Positions 26,235 through 39,089 of a stretch of 64,000 bases of DNA are shown piece by piece. How positions within the stretch are numbered: the stretch's first letter is position 1; every line of letters starts with the position of its first letter. The position numbers and the translations under genes were made by a program. This DNA is from Stegostoma tigrinum (taxonomy: Eukaryota), in the NCBI RefSeq assembly GCF_030684315.1, contig NC_081364.1, positions 16,273,286 to 16,337,285 on the forward strand, in the 5' to 3' direction. The notes under the pieces were generated by a model, which was not told the DNA's origin, ran no database searches, and saw only the letters and a program-made list of their open reading frames with translations.

Positions 26235-27270
26235 GGACATAGGAACAGGAGAAGGCCATTCATTCCACAAGCCTGCTCTATCATTCAATGGCTGATCTGT
26301 GACCAAACTCCTGCCTTGGGCCCATACCCTTGCTTAATAAAAAAATTGTCAATCCCAGATTTCAATTTGACAATTGAATTAGCATTGGCAGCCATTTCAG
26401 CAAGAGAGTTCCAAGTGTACACTACTCTTTGTTTGTATAAGTGCTTTCTAACATCTCTCCTGAATGCCCTAGGTCTAACTCTCAGACTATGTTACCTGAT
26501 TCTACAATCTTCAACCAGTGGAAATAGGTTATCTATATCTAACTTTTCTTAAAATCTGCTAATCCTGATATCTTGATTAGATCACTCCTTAGATTTCTGA
26601 ATTCTAGAGAACAAAGGCCTAATTTGTCTCATCTCTTCTCATAACTTAACCCCTGAAGTCCACGTGTCATCCTTGTAAATCTGTGTTGAGCTTCCTCTAG
26701 GGCCAATACATCCTACCTAAGGTGTGGTGTCCAGATCTGCTCACAGTGGGGTCTAAGTAGTGTTGTATAACTGCAGCATAACATTTGCTTCCCACACTCC
26801 AGCCCTTTAGATATGATAGCCAGCAATTCTATTAACCTTCCTATTTTCTACAGCTATTTGTGGCATTTTAAAGAGTTTAGCACCTGAATCCCCAAATGTC
26901 ATTCAGTGTTCACTGTACTTAACTTCATGTCTTCTCAAAAACGCCCTGATCTATCCTTTCTTAACCCGAAATGGTTAATAGAATTGCTGGCTATCATATC
27001 TAAAGGGCTGGAGTGTGGGAAGCAAATGTTATGCTGCAGTTATACAACCTTATACCTTACAATTGCTTATTAAAAAAATCCATTTTCCACAGCTTAGCCC
27101 ATTCACCTAATATTTTAATATCCAGCAGCAATTTTGTCAACAGTACTGTCAACAATGCTGCCCAATTTTGTCTCATCAGCAAATTTGGGCATTTCAATGT
27201 TTATGACGTTATTCAAGTCAATAATGAATATTGTGAATAATTAAGGACCCAACACAGAATGCTGCAGGAC
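26235..27270 (-). mobile_element. Degenerate CR1 containing a perfect internal inverted duplication
   Basis: CR1 RT C-terminal remnants and 3' UTR. Confidence 0.7.
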
Positions 27271-27358
27271 TTTCCTGGCAATGGGTTAAAGTTTTGCCGT
27301 AAAGCTCTCAGAATATTTCAGGCAGGTTGGCTTTCTCAACCATCACGGTCAAAAACCT

Positions 27359-27491
27359 CAGAGATAATGGGAACTGCAGATGCTGGAGAATTCCAAGATA
27401 ATAAAATGTGAGGCTGGATGAACACAGCAGGCCAAGCAGCATCTCAGGAGCACAAAAGCTGACGTTTCGGGCCTAGACCCTTCATCAGAGA
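27359..27491 (-). mobile_element. Single-arm mini-PLE, family A (hammerhead through tail)
   Basis: Begins just upstream of CTGATGA; TSD gtcaaaaacct. Confidence 0.88.
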
Positions 27492-28764
27492 CAAAGTCAA
27501 AAACCTGTTTTGCAACCATCAGCATGTCATGAATGCTCATTAACAGCCCAGCCTGCTGGAATTACATTCGTGGACACAATTTTGTTAGCCAAAATTGGGA
27601 AACTCGTGCTCACAAAACTATAGAGTGAGTACCCGTAAACGTAGAATTGTTCCTCCATGGTCTGGTGAGTACAAATGTCTTCATGGATCTTTCGTAACCA
27701 GGGTATTACTTTGCTCAAATGTGTACAGCTTTGGGGGTGAAGCCTTTCCATGTTGATCAGCTCATGATACATCTCAGTCATATGCAGTTTTGCTTGTAGT
27801 TGGTGAACACTTACAGTAGCGGTGAAGACTGACCAAGTCAACAACTCTGCCCAAGCAAGACAGCCACACTAATTGCTGTCGGCTAACATGACCAGGACAG
27901 GCAAGCAAGAATGAACTCAAAAGGGGGCCCAGAAGGGAACGCAATCTTTTGTGACTGTGTTCTTGTTCCACCTACTCCTTTGATGAACTAGCAGATTTGT
28001 AGATTTTGTAAAAGGAAAAATTTCCGAGTCATGCAAGAAAAACAGGAAATGCTTGAAATCGAATACGATGTCAATCAACGCCTGAGGGAGAAAGATAGGC
28101 AACATGTTTGTGACATAAGTCCTTCATCAGAACCTCGTATTTCAATTAATGTAAAAACAGAACTTGAATGGATGAATAAGTATTACAAAAACAAAAACAG
28201 CATGCAAAATGCAGCAGCAGAAAAGAGACGACATTGTTTCTGGAACTGCTAATTTAGGAGTAGATGAAATTTAAGCTTGAAATTGATCTTGGGCAACAAT
28301 GTTATGTCACAACTTGCCAATTCTCTTTTTCATTGAAGTTAACAAAAAATACACTTCAGTTGTTCTTTCTTTTTTTCTTCAAGCCACAGCAAACAGCATA
28401 TTGGGCAGAATATGAATTATTCAAAGTGTGACTCCTGCACACAAGTACTCTTATGTTGTGTACATAAGTGTATGCATATGTATATGAAATTGATGAGTAA
28501 CGTAAACAATAGAGTGACCAATAAAACAGTAAGCAGATACAGGATACTAAAAACACCATGATTAATAGAAATCTAACAAATATTTGATCACTTGATATAT
28601 GAGCGCTATGTAATTTCAATTTGCCAGAGGGAAGGAACACAATGCAGCAGTGCACAGCAGTTTCTAGGCCTGCACAATGCAGTGCCAGGATATGGGCTTT
28701 AACCCATAATTGTGCTCCTAGTGCAGATTCCACGCTGCAAGGCATCAATAAATCGCTCACCCTT

Positions 28765-28770
28765 TTTATT
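28765..28770 (-). terminator. Candidate polyadenylation signal AATAAA of the SARG-family gene
   Basis: First canonical AATAAA I find on the minus strand downstream of the stop at 29347. Confidence 0.4.
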
Positions 28771-28890
28771 TAAATTTAGAGACTGATGCTCAGAGTCCTA
28801 TTTCCATCCAAAAGATAGAGGATCAACACCATGTCCTTGTTAAATGTGCTATGGCAGAAAAAGAGAAATGTATTTATAGAAGAGATTGTG

Positions 28891-29132
28891 ATCAGAGATA
28901 TTGGGAACTGCAGATGCTGGAGAATCCAAGATAACAAAGTGTGAAGCTGGATGAACACAGCAGGCCAAGCAGCATCTAAGGAGCACAAAAGCTGACACTC
29001 TCTCCCTATTTATATCAGAACCCTCTCCCCATCCCCCTCTCTGATGAAGGGTCCAGGCCAAAAACGTCAGCTTTTGTGCTCCTGAGATGCTGCTTGGCCT
29101 GCTGTGTTCATCCAGCTTCACACTTTGTTATC
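28891..29132. mobile_element. Palindromic mini-PLE (family A-like) in the predicted 3' UTR
   Basis: About 68-bp inverted arms (28930-28997 / 29066-29132) plus tail. Confidence 0.85.
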
Positions 29133-29346
29133 CTGTATTTACAAAAGGCTGCTTCATTAACAAATTTTCCTGAGTATACTGGAAGGCTGCATACTTGACA
29201 CATTTTACTGGCCTTATTGAGGGCAGGGAACCTTACTGAGAATGCCAATCAGCAACTAACTGACCAGTGACTGCACAAGTCGAGAAATTTTAGAAAAATA
29301 ACATATGAACTAGTCCTCTAATCCTGCAGATTTCTGTGACAATTTT

Positions 29347-29999
29347 TCAAGATCCCAAGTTTAGCAGACCCAGCTTTTTCAAAGCTTCTCTATGGTCTGT
29401 TTCTTTTGGTGATTGCAAAGATTTTAACTGTTGAGTTCCTTCTGTTGCAAAAGGTTGAGAGGATGAGGAGTTGTTGCTGTTAGAAAAGCCTCCAGCAAAT
29501 TTCACAAGTCCTAGTCTTTGAAGAGCATCTTGCCTTGCTGCCTTTTGCTCAGGCCTTCCAAGCAATCGGAGGGAATCGGACTGAGCAGCCAAACCCTCCA
29601 TCTGACCACTTGGTTTCTTCTGGCCAGACCCACTAAGCCGGGCTAGAACCTGGGCTCGGAGCTCCTGCACACTAACCCCTGACCTCAAAATGGTGTCAAA
29701 CTTTTTAGCATGAGCAGGAAGCAAAGTAAGTGTTCTGGATGAACTTTGTTCATCAGTTGAAGTCTCTCTGGACTGGTCTGAGGGCTTGGTTTCCAATGCT
29801 ATTATCGTTTCGCATCCTTGATGTTTCATTGATTCCTTCCTTTGCTTGCTCTCTTTGAATGTTGTTGCTTGGTTTGGTGTTGTATCACCCACAGGAATTG
29901 ACTCTGTATCTTTGTCACTGATCACTTGAGCAGGCGAGCTACTGCTGATTGTATCCACATTTCCAATAATTCCAATACTGTCACAGGTAGCCGCACCAT
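29347..29999 (-). CDS. SARG/PROSER2-family gene, last coding exon
   Basis: Acceptor atttttAG|AT is phase 1, compatible with the upstream donor. Open to TGA at 29347. Contains RQDALQRLGL and C-terminal HREALKKLGLL, the family R-x-EAL-x-KLGL motif. Spliced CDS 75+205+653=933 nt = 310 aa + stop. Confidence 0.88.
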
Positions 30000-32640
30000 C
30001 TAAAAATATTAAAAGTTCACATATCAATGCTACCTCAAATATACAAAGAATATTGAGATAATGATCCTCACCATTACTATCATGTGCAATGCTGTCCGTA
30101 TCTAGTGAACGGAAGAGGTCATTTATCTCGAAATTATGAGAGTACAGTAATGAACATAATGAACTACTTTGAAAATTCAGATAAATCTAAGCCTAAATAT
30201 TGTACCGCATTGTCTTCTCCCAACTAGTGGTTCATTTTCTTTAAATTAAAATGTGTACTGAAACTCAGTGTGTCTCTGATGAAGTTTAATTATTCTCACG
30301 TGCACATATGTAGGAAAAGGAGAGCCTTTTCGCCATGCATTGGAAAAGAAATGGAAGGCAATTACATTTAGAGCACATTTTCAAGCTTTTGTTTTATGGT
30401 GGAAAATGGCATGGATTTCTGTTCACAGTGGTAGGGAAAGGCAATGTGCTTTCACATTGATGAAGAAGTAGAGCACAGAACATTTCAAAGAAGGCCACAT
30501 CCTAGCAACTATGACTGACAAGTACTAGACCAACAGCGATAGAGGCCTGCAACAGGTCATCTAACTGCCATAAAGGACAGGGAATGTTCATTCACATGCC
30601 ACGTCCTGGTAAAGGTCAAACAGAGATAACCACACTATTCATCAATCAGTAATCCTCATGGAATTAGCTCAAGATTTAAATATCAGCACAATTTTCTATG
30701 GCTGTTTACCGACTATCCTTCTTCAGTAGACATGTGCATTTATGACCTATCCTCAATTTAAATCCTCACTTTCTAATATTCTTTTTATATTTCTAATTTT
30801 ACATCCTAACCTTCAGTTAAATTGAAAGAAAGAAAGGCACAAAATCCTTGACTGCAGTGTTATACTGTTTGTAAGTGGCCCGTTGTAATTAGTTCTTCAT
30901 TCTGAGGCCAAGGTTACAATACAGTTGGCTAGGGAACAATCTCAGTTAGGGAACACTACACGGTGAGGGCAGGGTCTAATGAGTCTAACAGGATTACCAA
31001 AAGCGAGAGTTAAACAAGTGCACTTAACGTAAACTCAAAGTCTGTGTGAACGTCAGTTGCATTTGATTTGCAGCTGAAGCAGATTTAATTGTCTGCGTTA
31101 TCCTTGGAAGATTGGGAAAATATGGGGTGGTAAGCCGTCCATCATCCTATTTTATCTAAATAGGACCAGATGGAAATGGTTTCAAAAGATGTTGAATATG
31201 TAATGAAAGCCTTAGTTTCTGTATATGCCTGTGGTCATGTATTGCATATGGCATAGCACCTGTCTTACCTGCCACAGTCAACCATTGCAGGCACATTAGG
31301 AAATATGTGTCAGAAACAATCTGTGGTAGGGAGTGCAAGGAAGTTGAAGTGTATCTGGCAACATTGGCAGAAAGAATGCTGATTAATAACATGATGCATA
31401 GTGACTCACAAACTGCAGTTCCATGTTAAGGTAATGCCTGTGTCAGGCAGAAGTCAATTCTCAGCAACTTACAAGATATAAATGTTCTATGACTACAATC
31501 CGTTTTTAACTCCTAACTGGAAACAGCAGCATGGCTAATGAAGTTGTTCCTTCGTGGGAACATTTTTCAGGTATCAATCTTAAATTATTGATCAAATTTG
31601 GTTTAATGCAGATAATCTAAGGACTCAGTCGTATATATCTGCAGCTATAAAGCTACATGAACTCTGCAGTAATTTCAAATCCTTGCCCTTCGCATGTTCC
31701 AACTTCCTAAATTTTGGACTTGGCAAAATGATTTCCCTAACCTTGAGGCTTCCTTCCCAAAAGTCAATCTGGGGACAATATTATATTGATTAGAGAATTT
31801 CTCTTTAGAAAGAGCCTGGATGATAAATTTGTTGCCTAACACCAGATATTAGGAGAATGAAGATATTATAGAGACTTCAGGTTTTGCAGGTGCTTTTTCT
31901 TGGAATAAATTCAACTTTTGACCAAAATGAAACTGTTGGCCAGAGGCTGCTCATACATAAAGACAATGGCTGTGATCTGAAGTTACCTAAGCCCTAGCTG
32001 CTGGCTCGAACTGTTTTGAGCTGGTTCAGTTCTGAAGGTTAAAAGAAGGGGGAAATCCTTATTTAGTGGAAACTATTAAGGCAATCCCAAAGGTGCCCTT
32101 GGAGTGAACTTATAGTGGAAAGAGACTGCCCTCAGATGGACTGAGAACCAACAGGAACAAGACACCACAGTTCGGGAAGTTAAGGAAAAGGGATAAAATT
32201 GAAGGATTTTGGCGTGCCATTAGTGAAAACTCCAGAGAACAACCTTCATGAAGTCACAGACCCCACACTTGCAAGTGTGGTGGGGACCCCAAGACCTGGG
32301 AGAAAACTGTTTTGTCAGCATGAGTTTCTTTTGTTCGGTATTAGCTTTTATATTTGTTGACTGTTCCAGGAATGTCAAGCTTAGTGGGTGTGTGCTAGGA
32401 TTTTAGCCTTGCATGAATTGCATGCCTACTGTTAACCTTTTCCTAACCAAACAGTGCGAATTATATCAGAGATAATGGGAACTGCAGATGCTGGAGAATT
32501 CCAAGATTTTGTCTGTTTTAACTAAACTAACAAAGGTAGTAGTTGGTTGATGCAGACTTGACTCTCGTCCTGTTTGAACCAAGCCAATAACTGTTATCAA
32601 GGGAGATAACTGGGCAACAAAACCGAACCATAATCATTCT

Positions 32641-32740
32641 AGACAACAAGGTGTGGAGCTGGATGAACACAGCAGGCCAAGCAGCATCTTAGGAGCAGGA
32701 AAGCTCAGGCCTAGACTGTTCATCAAAAAATTATCTCTCC
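32641..32740 (-). mobile_element. Mini-PLE fragment (family B-like)
   Basis: 13-bp TSD ccataatcattct. Confidence 0.75.
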
Positions 32741-32788
32741 CCCATAATCATTCTGTTGGCTGTGATTCACTGTACAATGAGAACCCAC

Positions 32789-32993
32789 CTGCGCTCGCTG
32801 TATCTTTGGTTTGTCGACTGCTGCACACCATTCCTAGAAACTCATAAAAACCATCACTGATAACGCCATCCCCCTTTGTCAGCCCCTCCTCATCATCTTG
32901 CTCCAAATCCACATCTAATGAGTCAATGGTTTCAATCAAATAACTGAGGCATTCTTTTTCCTCTTGTGACAAATGGCGTAAGAATTCATCTTC
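32789..32993 (-). CDS. SARG/PROSER2-family gene, second coding exon (EDEFLRHLSQEEKECLSYLIETIDSLDVDLEQDDEE...)
   Basis: Acceptor tttgtctgtAG|GAA and donor GCAG|GTGGGT (phase 1). LSQEEKECLSYLIETIDSLD matches the N-terminal motif of C1orf116/SARG (LSTEEKECLLFLEETIGSLD) and PROSER2 (LTHEEKDVLLFFEETIDSLD) as I recall them. Confidence 0.88.
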
Positions 32994-33452
32994 CTACAGA
33001 CAAAATGGAACAGAACACATAATTCAGTCAGCTTCTAGTCTGTTTGTAATACCTTAGAAAGCAAAACAACTGTGACCTTTTCCAAGGGGTCAAAGTCTAG
33101 ATGCATATACTAGGATTAACAGACAGAGGACATGTTAGTCTATTCATCTTTATACCCATCCTTACTCAGAGAAGCCTGGTAGTAGGTTTCCTTAAACCAC
33201 AGCAGTCAGTGGAATGATGTTTGTGCTCCAATAATGTTAAGGTGGAAGCTTTCAGGATCTTGACCCCATTGTGATGAAGGAATGAGGATATATTTCAAAG
33301 TCAGTACACATATATGACATGAAGGGGATCTCAGGAGTTTCTATGCATCTGGTGAGCTTCAGCTTTCAGGTAGTTACAGTATATTGTAAGATCTGAGTGT
33401 TTTGTTAGATTTATCCTCTCTGCTGGGAAGGTGTAAATGAAGTTAATTAGTT

Positions 33453-33640
33453 CAGTGATAATGGGAACTGCAGATGCTGGAGATTCCAAGATAATAAAAT
33501 GTGAGGCTGGATGAACACAGCAGGCCAAGCAGCATCTCAGGGGCACAAATGATGAAGGGTCTAGGCCCGAAACGTCAGCTTTTGTGCTCCTGAGATGCTG
33601 CTTGGCCTGCTGTGTTCATCCAGCCTCACATTTTATTATC
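33453..33640. mobile_element. Palindromic mini-PLE, family A (intronic)
   Basis: Inverted arms; TSD ttaattagttcagt overlapping the tail end. Confidence 0.9.
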
Positions 33641-34014
33641 TTAATTAGTTCAGTAATGGCTGCATGTTGAGTATCCATGTTGTGAATTCTCCTTCATGCA
33701 ACACATAACATTGGTGGAGGATTAAAGTTTAGTGATGTTTTTGCACACACTGTACAGGATTTCTGCATTTTTAAAAATAGTAAACCACTTTGGTGGTGTG
33801 GGGAATTTAAAGGCTATATTTATGAAGTAGTCTGCATTATGTAATATGATTATGCCTCGTAAAGCCAAGTATTAATCAAAATCTTGATTACAGCATACAC
33901 TTGCTGTTACAATACTTACTCCTGCATTACTATTTTTGTCACATGTAGCTCAATCCCATATCACTTTTTTTATGTGTTTGTAACATCTGCTTCTATATTA
34001 CACTAATAGATATC

Positions 34015-34320
34015 CTCAGATAGCACTTTTCAAACCCACAACCACTTCCATCTAGAAGGGTAAAGGCAGCAGATACATGGGAACACCACCATCTCCAAGT
34101 TCCCCTCCAAGCCACTCGCCATCCTGACTTGGCCTAACTTCACTGTCGATGAGTCAATATCCTAGAATTCCCTCCCTAATAGCATTGTGGGTCAACCTAG
34201 AGCAGGAGGGCTGCAGCAGTTCAAGAAGGCAGCTCACCACCACCTTCTCAAGGGCAACTAGAGATGGGCAAGAAATGCTGGCCAGCCAGCGATGCCCACA
34301 TCCCACAATTGAATAGAAAA
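34015..34320 (+). mobile_element. CR1-group family 2 LINE 3' tail
   Basis: Reverse complement of 2735-3050. Confidence 0.75.
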
Positions 34321-35224
34321 CAAAATGTCATTATGATTTCAGTCCCTTCAACATTAGCTGGTGCCACTGTGCCCCATTTAAGAAAATTCAGCACAAGAAA
34401 CAGATTGCTATCATCCACCCCAAATCTTGTCACAATTAATGCTGCACGGCCCCTGCACTACCTACATAATCATTCCGCACTTGCACTAAAAATAAGAGCT
34501 CTGCCACCCACTTTCATCTCCTGTAAAACCAGTTTCTCTCTCATTCCAGGAGAAAGGCCAAAATCATACCTTCAACACACACCCCTTCCCACACACCCCT
34601 CAAGCCATCACCATCTTTCAATATATTCATGGCTGATCTTTTGCCTTAATTCCATCCAACTCATGGACTATCCCAGGCTGCTTGGATACTTGCAGCATCC
34701 CTGCCTTGCATTGCCTTGCCTTTTTGTGCTTTTCCCCCTCAGTCAGAGGTCCAAGGCTCATATTACTTCTGTCTCATCTTGCCATTTAATGCAGGCACAA
34801 AGGCAGGAAGCCTTTCATTGTTGACAGCAGGCCTCTGTTAAGTGAAGAAAGAGCCTTCAGTCAAGGGGTCCCAAGCCTGTGATACCAGTCAAGAGCCTTG
34901 AGCACAGAATTTCAGCCACTCAGTGTGGTCAGCGTCAGAAGGTTCTCCACAGAAAAAGGTGAAGAGCAGAATATCAAGCAGGCACTATTTTCAATCATCT
35001 TTCTCTTGTAATGAGAGAGAAACACGTTTTATGGGAGATGAAAGTGGGTGGTAGAGCTGTTATTTTTGGTGCAAGTGGGGAATGATTGAGTAGGTAGTGC
35101 AGGGGGCGCGCAGCATTAATGGTGACAAGATTTGGGGTGGGTGACATCAAGTGTGGGAAGATGTTGCAGGCAATGAGAGTGCGAACCTTGGAAGATTGGC
35201 AAAGTAGCAGAGACAAAATGATGA

Positions 35225-35815
35225 TTGTTATCATTGGTCATCAGACCTTTGAGTATAGGAGTTGGAATGTCATGTGGAGGTTATACAGGCCACTTCTGGA
35301 GTATTGTGTGTGGTCTGGTCGCCCTGTTATAGGAAGGGTATTATTAAACTGGAGAGGGTTCAGAAAAGATTTACAATGATATTGCGGCAATGAAGGGTTT
35401 GAAATTTAAAAATAAACTGGATAGGCTGGGACTTTTTTCATAGGCGCATTGCGGATTGAAGGATGACCTTATTGATGTTTATAAAATCATGGGGTCCATA
35501 GATAAAGCGAATGGGGGAGTTCAAAGCTAGGAGTCATATTGTTAAAATGAGAAGAAAAACATTTAAAAAGAAAATGAGGGTTGCTTTTTTACATAGACAG
35601 CAGTTTGTGCGTGAAATGAACATCCAGAGAAATTGGTGGATACAGGTATTGTTACAACGTTGAAAAGACATTTGGATAAGTTCATAAATAGGAACGGTTT
35701 GGAGAAATATGGGCTGAGCACAGGCAGGTGGGACTAGTTTAATTTGGAAACATGGTTGGGTTGACTGATTGGACTGAAATATCTGTTTCTGTGCTGTATG
35801 AATCTATGACTCTAT
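35225..35815 (+). mobile_element. Degenerate CR1 3' part
   Basis: LYRPLLEYCVWS remnant and ctatga tail. Confidence 0.75.
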
Positions 35816-36829
35816 GAGCCAGAGATATTGGAGAGTAATGGTGCCACTTACACTTGTGGAGTGGAGAAGGCCCTTCTCCACACAGCACTGTGCATTGCTC
35901 CAAATGGCAGAGATTGCTTTATCCTAGGTGGCAACCTCAGCCCATGTTGGTATAGTCTCCACTGTTTGACCTGAGGAAAAAAGAAGTCCTGTCTTTGTAC
36001 CATGCCATCCAATAGGATCTTCGGGTTAATGGCCACAACGCAAGGTAATCAGTTGCCCTTTCTGCCATGCCTGGAACAAACATCAAGAACAATGCAGGGC
36101 AGATCTGGACTGACAGTGCTTATCCAGGTGCACAAGAGGCTTTTAAAGATTGTGCAGGCACAAGGGATGCCTGTCAAATCTGGGATATTTACTGAATGAT
36201 GAGTTGTTGTAGAATGGGTTTGTTGTAAGAAGGGCGCTGGAAAGGGATGTGAGGAATGCCTTTGGAGTAAGCTAGGTAGTTAATGAGGCCTATTTTGTAA
36301 GGTACTGTGAGAAGACTTGCTAAGCTTTATGATGGGAATCCTTCCAAAAAATTTGAGGCAACTCAAATGTACTCAAAAAAGCTCCTAAGATGCAGAGATA
36401 GCAAGAACTGCAGATGCTGGAGTCAGAGATAACACAGCATGTAGCTGGAAGAACACAACAGGCCAGGCAGCATCAGAGGAGCAGGAAAACTGACATTTCT
36501 TCAGAAATGGGCCTAAAGTGCAGCCTGTAGTTCTTTCTCCTATTTCTACCGGATTCCTTTTCCCACCTGACCTGAGATTTTTCAATTGGCTTAATTATTC
36601 TTTTTGATTTTATCTGCAATAGCAGCAGTCCTCACACTTGCGTTTCCAAAGTTCTAATATACTCAACTGTGCCTTTAGGCCTTTTGCTGCTCAACTGCAC
36701 CATTGCCTGTCTTCCTCCTCAATTGTTTGTGCCATTTCTCTTTCTTTAGTTAGTCAGCAAATATGCAACTCACACCTCCACTTCCCTTCACGTGAAAGCT
36801 CCAAATCTCACAAAAATGAATACCGATAG

Positions 36830-37212
36830 CTCTATGGCAGTGCTGGAATTCTTGCTTCAAATGTTTGTGGTTCAAGTCCCACTCCAGAAACTTGTACAGA
36901 AAATCTAGGCTGACACCTCTGTACTGACGAGGCGCTGCACTGTTGGAGATGCAATCTATTAAATTAGACATTAACTCAAAGTATCGCCCACTCTCTTAAG
37001 TGAACACGAAATGTCCCATGTCACTATGCTGTCCCTGCTGTACTGATCAATGTCTATTCCTGAACCAACATTACTAAAAACCTGTTTATCAGGTCACTTA
37101 TCTAATGCCTGTTTATGGAACCTTGCTGTGTACAAAAGAAGAACCGCATTTCCTACATTACAACTTCAATACTTCATGGCTGTGAAGAATTCTAGAAAAT
37201 CCTGAATTTATG
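36830..37212 (+). mobile_element. DeuSINE (SacSINE1-like)
   Basis: tRNA-like B-box ggttcaagtccc, ctgcactgttggagatgc core, tttcctacattacaac tail. Confidence 0.65.
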
Positions 37213-39089
37213 CATTACACTAATACAATGCTTCATTTCTTCTTGATTGTCTATATTGAAAACTGATACCAATCGTCACCACAAAACATAAACTCTCACC
37301 TCCAGAACTGTAACCTTCACTTCCCATTGTTATTTCCAGAAAGATTCCCCTGCCCCATATGTTCACCATCCCTTTGCTCTCTAGACCTCCCACTACATGA
37401 TTAACTCTCACCCAATTTCTTCTTCACAGAGGAAATCTTGCTTTGGCTCAATCTCTAATTTTCAATCTCTAACTCTCATAATATTCTCATCCTGTGATAA
37501 GCAAACCAGAACAAAGCTACCTATTCACAGTTTTACCCAAAAGCTTAATTCCCTCTTGTACCCAGTCTGACTTAAATATCATTTGTTTTTATTCCTGCAA
37601 CTCACACACCCAGAATTTTCCTTTATATTTTTAAGGAATGTAAAAAAAGTCACATCTCTCTCTTTTTATATTGCTGTCTTATCATCAATTCCCAAAACAT
37701 TTGAAATGCATACCACTTATTACATCAGTCACTGCCAGAAGCAGCTGGCAGCAAACTGGCTACACTGGAAAACAGCTACATTTTATTAAATAGTCCATCT
37801 TCAGAGACTCTACTCATTGTCCTGTTTGATAGCTGTTAAGCATTTCCAAAAATGAAAATATTAAAGAAAAAGTCTGCATCTTTCGGTATCCAGAGCAATG
37901 CCACCTTTGAATTATTTTCATTTTGCACACATCTGATGCATTTAAATGGACAATAAATGAGTAGTCTGTGTGGCGCCTCATGGTTGCTATAAATCTGTGT
38001 GCACAGACCTTATAAGGAATCCCTTATATTTCCATGAAAACTCATAGAAAAACTGGGCACTCCTTGCAACATGGGGTGTGATGTGTGATGTGCCTGTCGA
38101 GGGTCCTTATACTCCATCTGAATGATGCCTTTCATTAACCTGGGAAATTCTGGTATGGGCAACGATGGTGGGCATAATTCAAACTTACCATGGGAATTGT
38201 ATTTTAGCCCTTCTGAGCCATATCCTGGTGTCAACATTATTGTCCAGTTATGAGAACTACAACAATTTATATTGATATAGTGTCACTGGCATCAGAAATG
38301 GCTGCAGGAGCTCCACCAGAAGATTACAAAACAAAATTTGACACTGATCAACAGTGGATTCTGTTGTTCGTGAAGATGTCCTGCCTTCCATCCCAGCCAG
38401 AAGCTGTTGACAACCCTGTTTCGTCTGGCAGTGGGACTTGGTGTGACATATTGCGCATCAGCCAAGTAAGGGGTCACCACTGTTAATAAGATGCCATCCA
38501 ATTTGGAAAGCGGTCCGACTCCTAATGTTGCTGTCACAATCGGGGGTCAACAGCTCAGGAGTGCCACTGCGGCGTTGAGCTGGGGGGCTCATGGGCTGGG
38601 GCTTCAATTACAAGGAGAGAGTGCCTCAATGACTGAGTGCCCTCAAAGATAGGTAAGATAGGTTGATGAATGCCAGGGCCAACCAGGCAAGACATGACAG
38701 TTGCTGGGAATGCTGGGTCACTGAATAATAATGGTGTTGCCATAACAGCAGCTTATATCAACAGGGAGCCACCACCACCCCACCCCCCCCCTCCACCGCC
38801 GCCTTGGACAATGAAGTGTTTTTAAAGATGGCCCCCATCCACCACCTTCAAAACCCACTGGTATGTCATCAGATCTAAGTTAGTCACCTTACCACATTGT
38901 AGCAGACTCCTTAGCCATGAACACAATTTCCCTGGAGGTGGGAAGTAGCTCTTAATTGGCCAATTGGCAATTAAGCTGCCAATCTGCCCATCACTGGTAA
39001 AATGGCATGCATTTGGGAAGCCATTGGGCACCATTATCAATGTCATCCAACATAGCCACCAGCCCGAAAATCCCAACCATTAGATCAGA

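Noticed and set aside
30000-30027. ORF-track N-terminus MICELLIFL of the 226-aa ORF
   Set aside because: Intronic polypyrimidine/acceptor sequence; the exon starts at 29999.
31740-32460. Possible solo LTRs here and at about 40450-41580
   Set aside because: LTR-like composition only; I could not define TG..CA ends, a TSD or a second copy.
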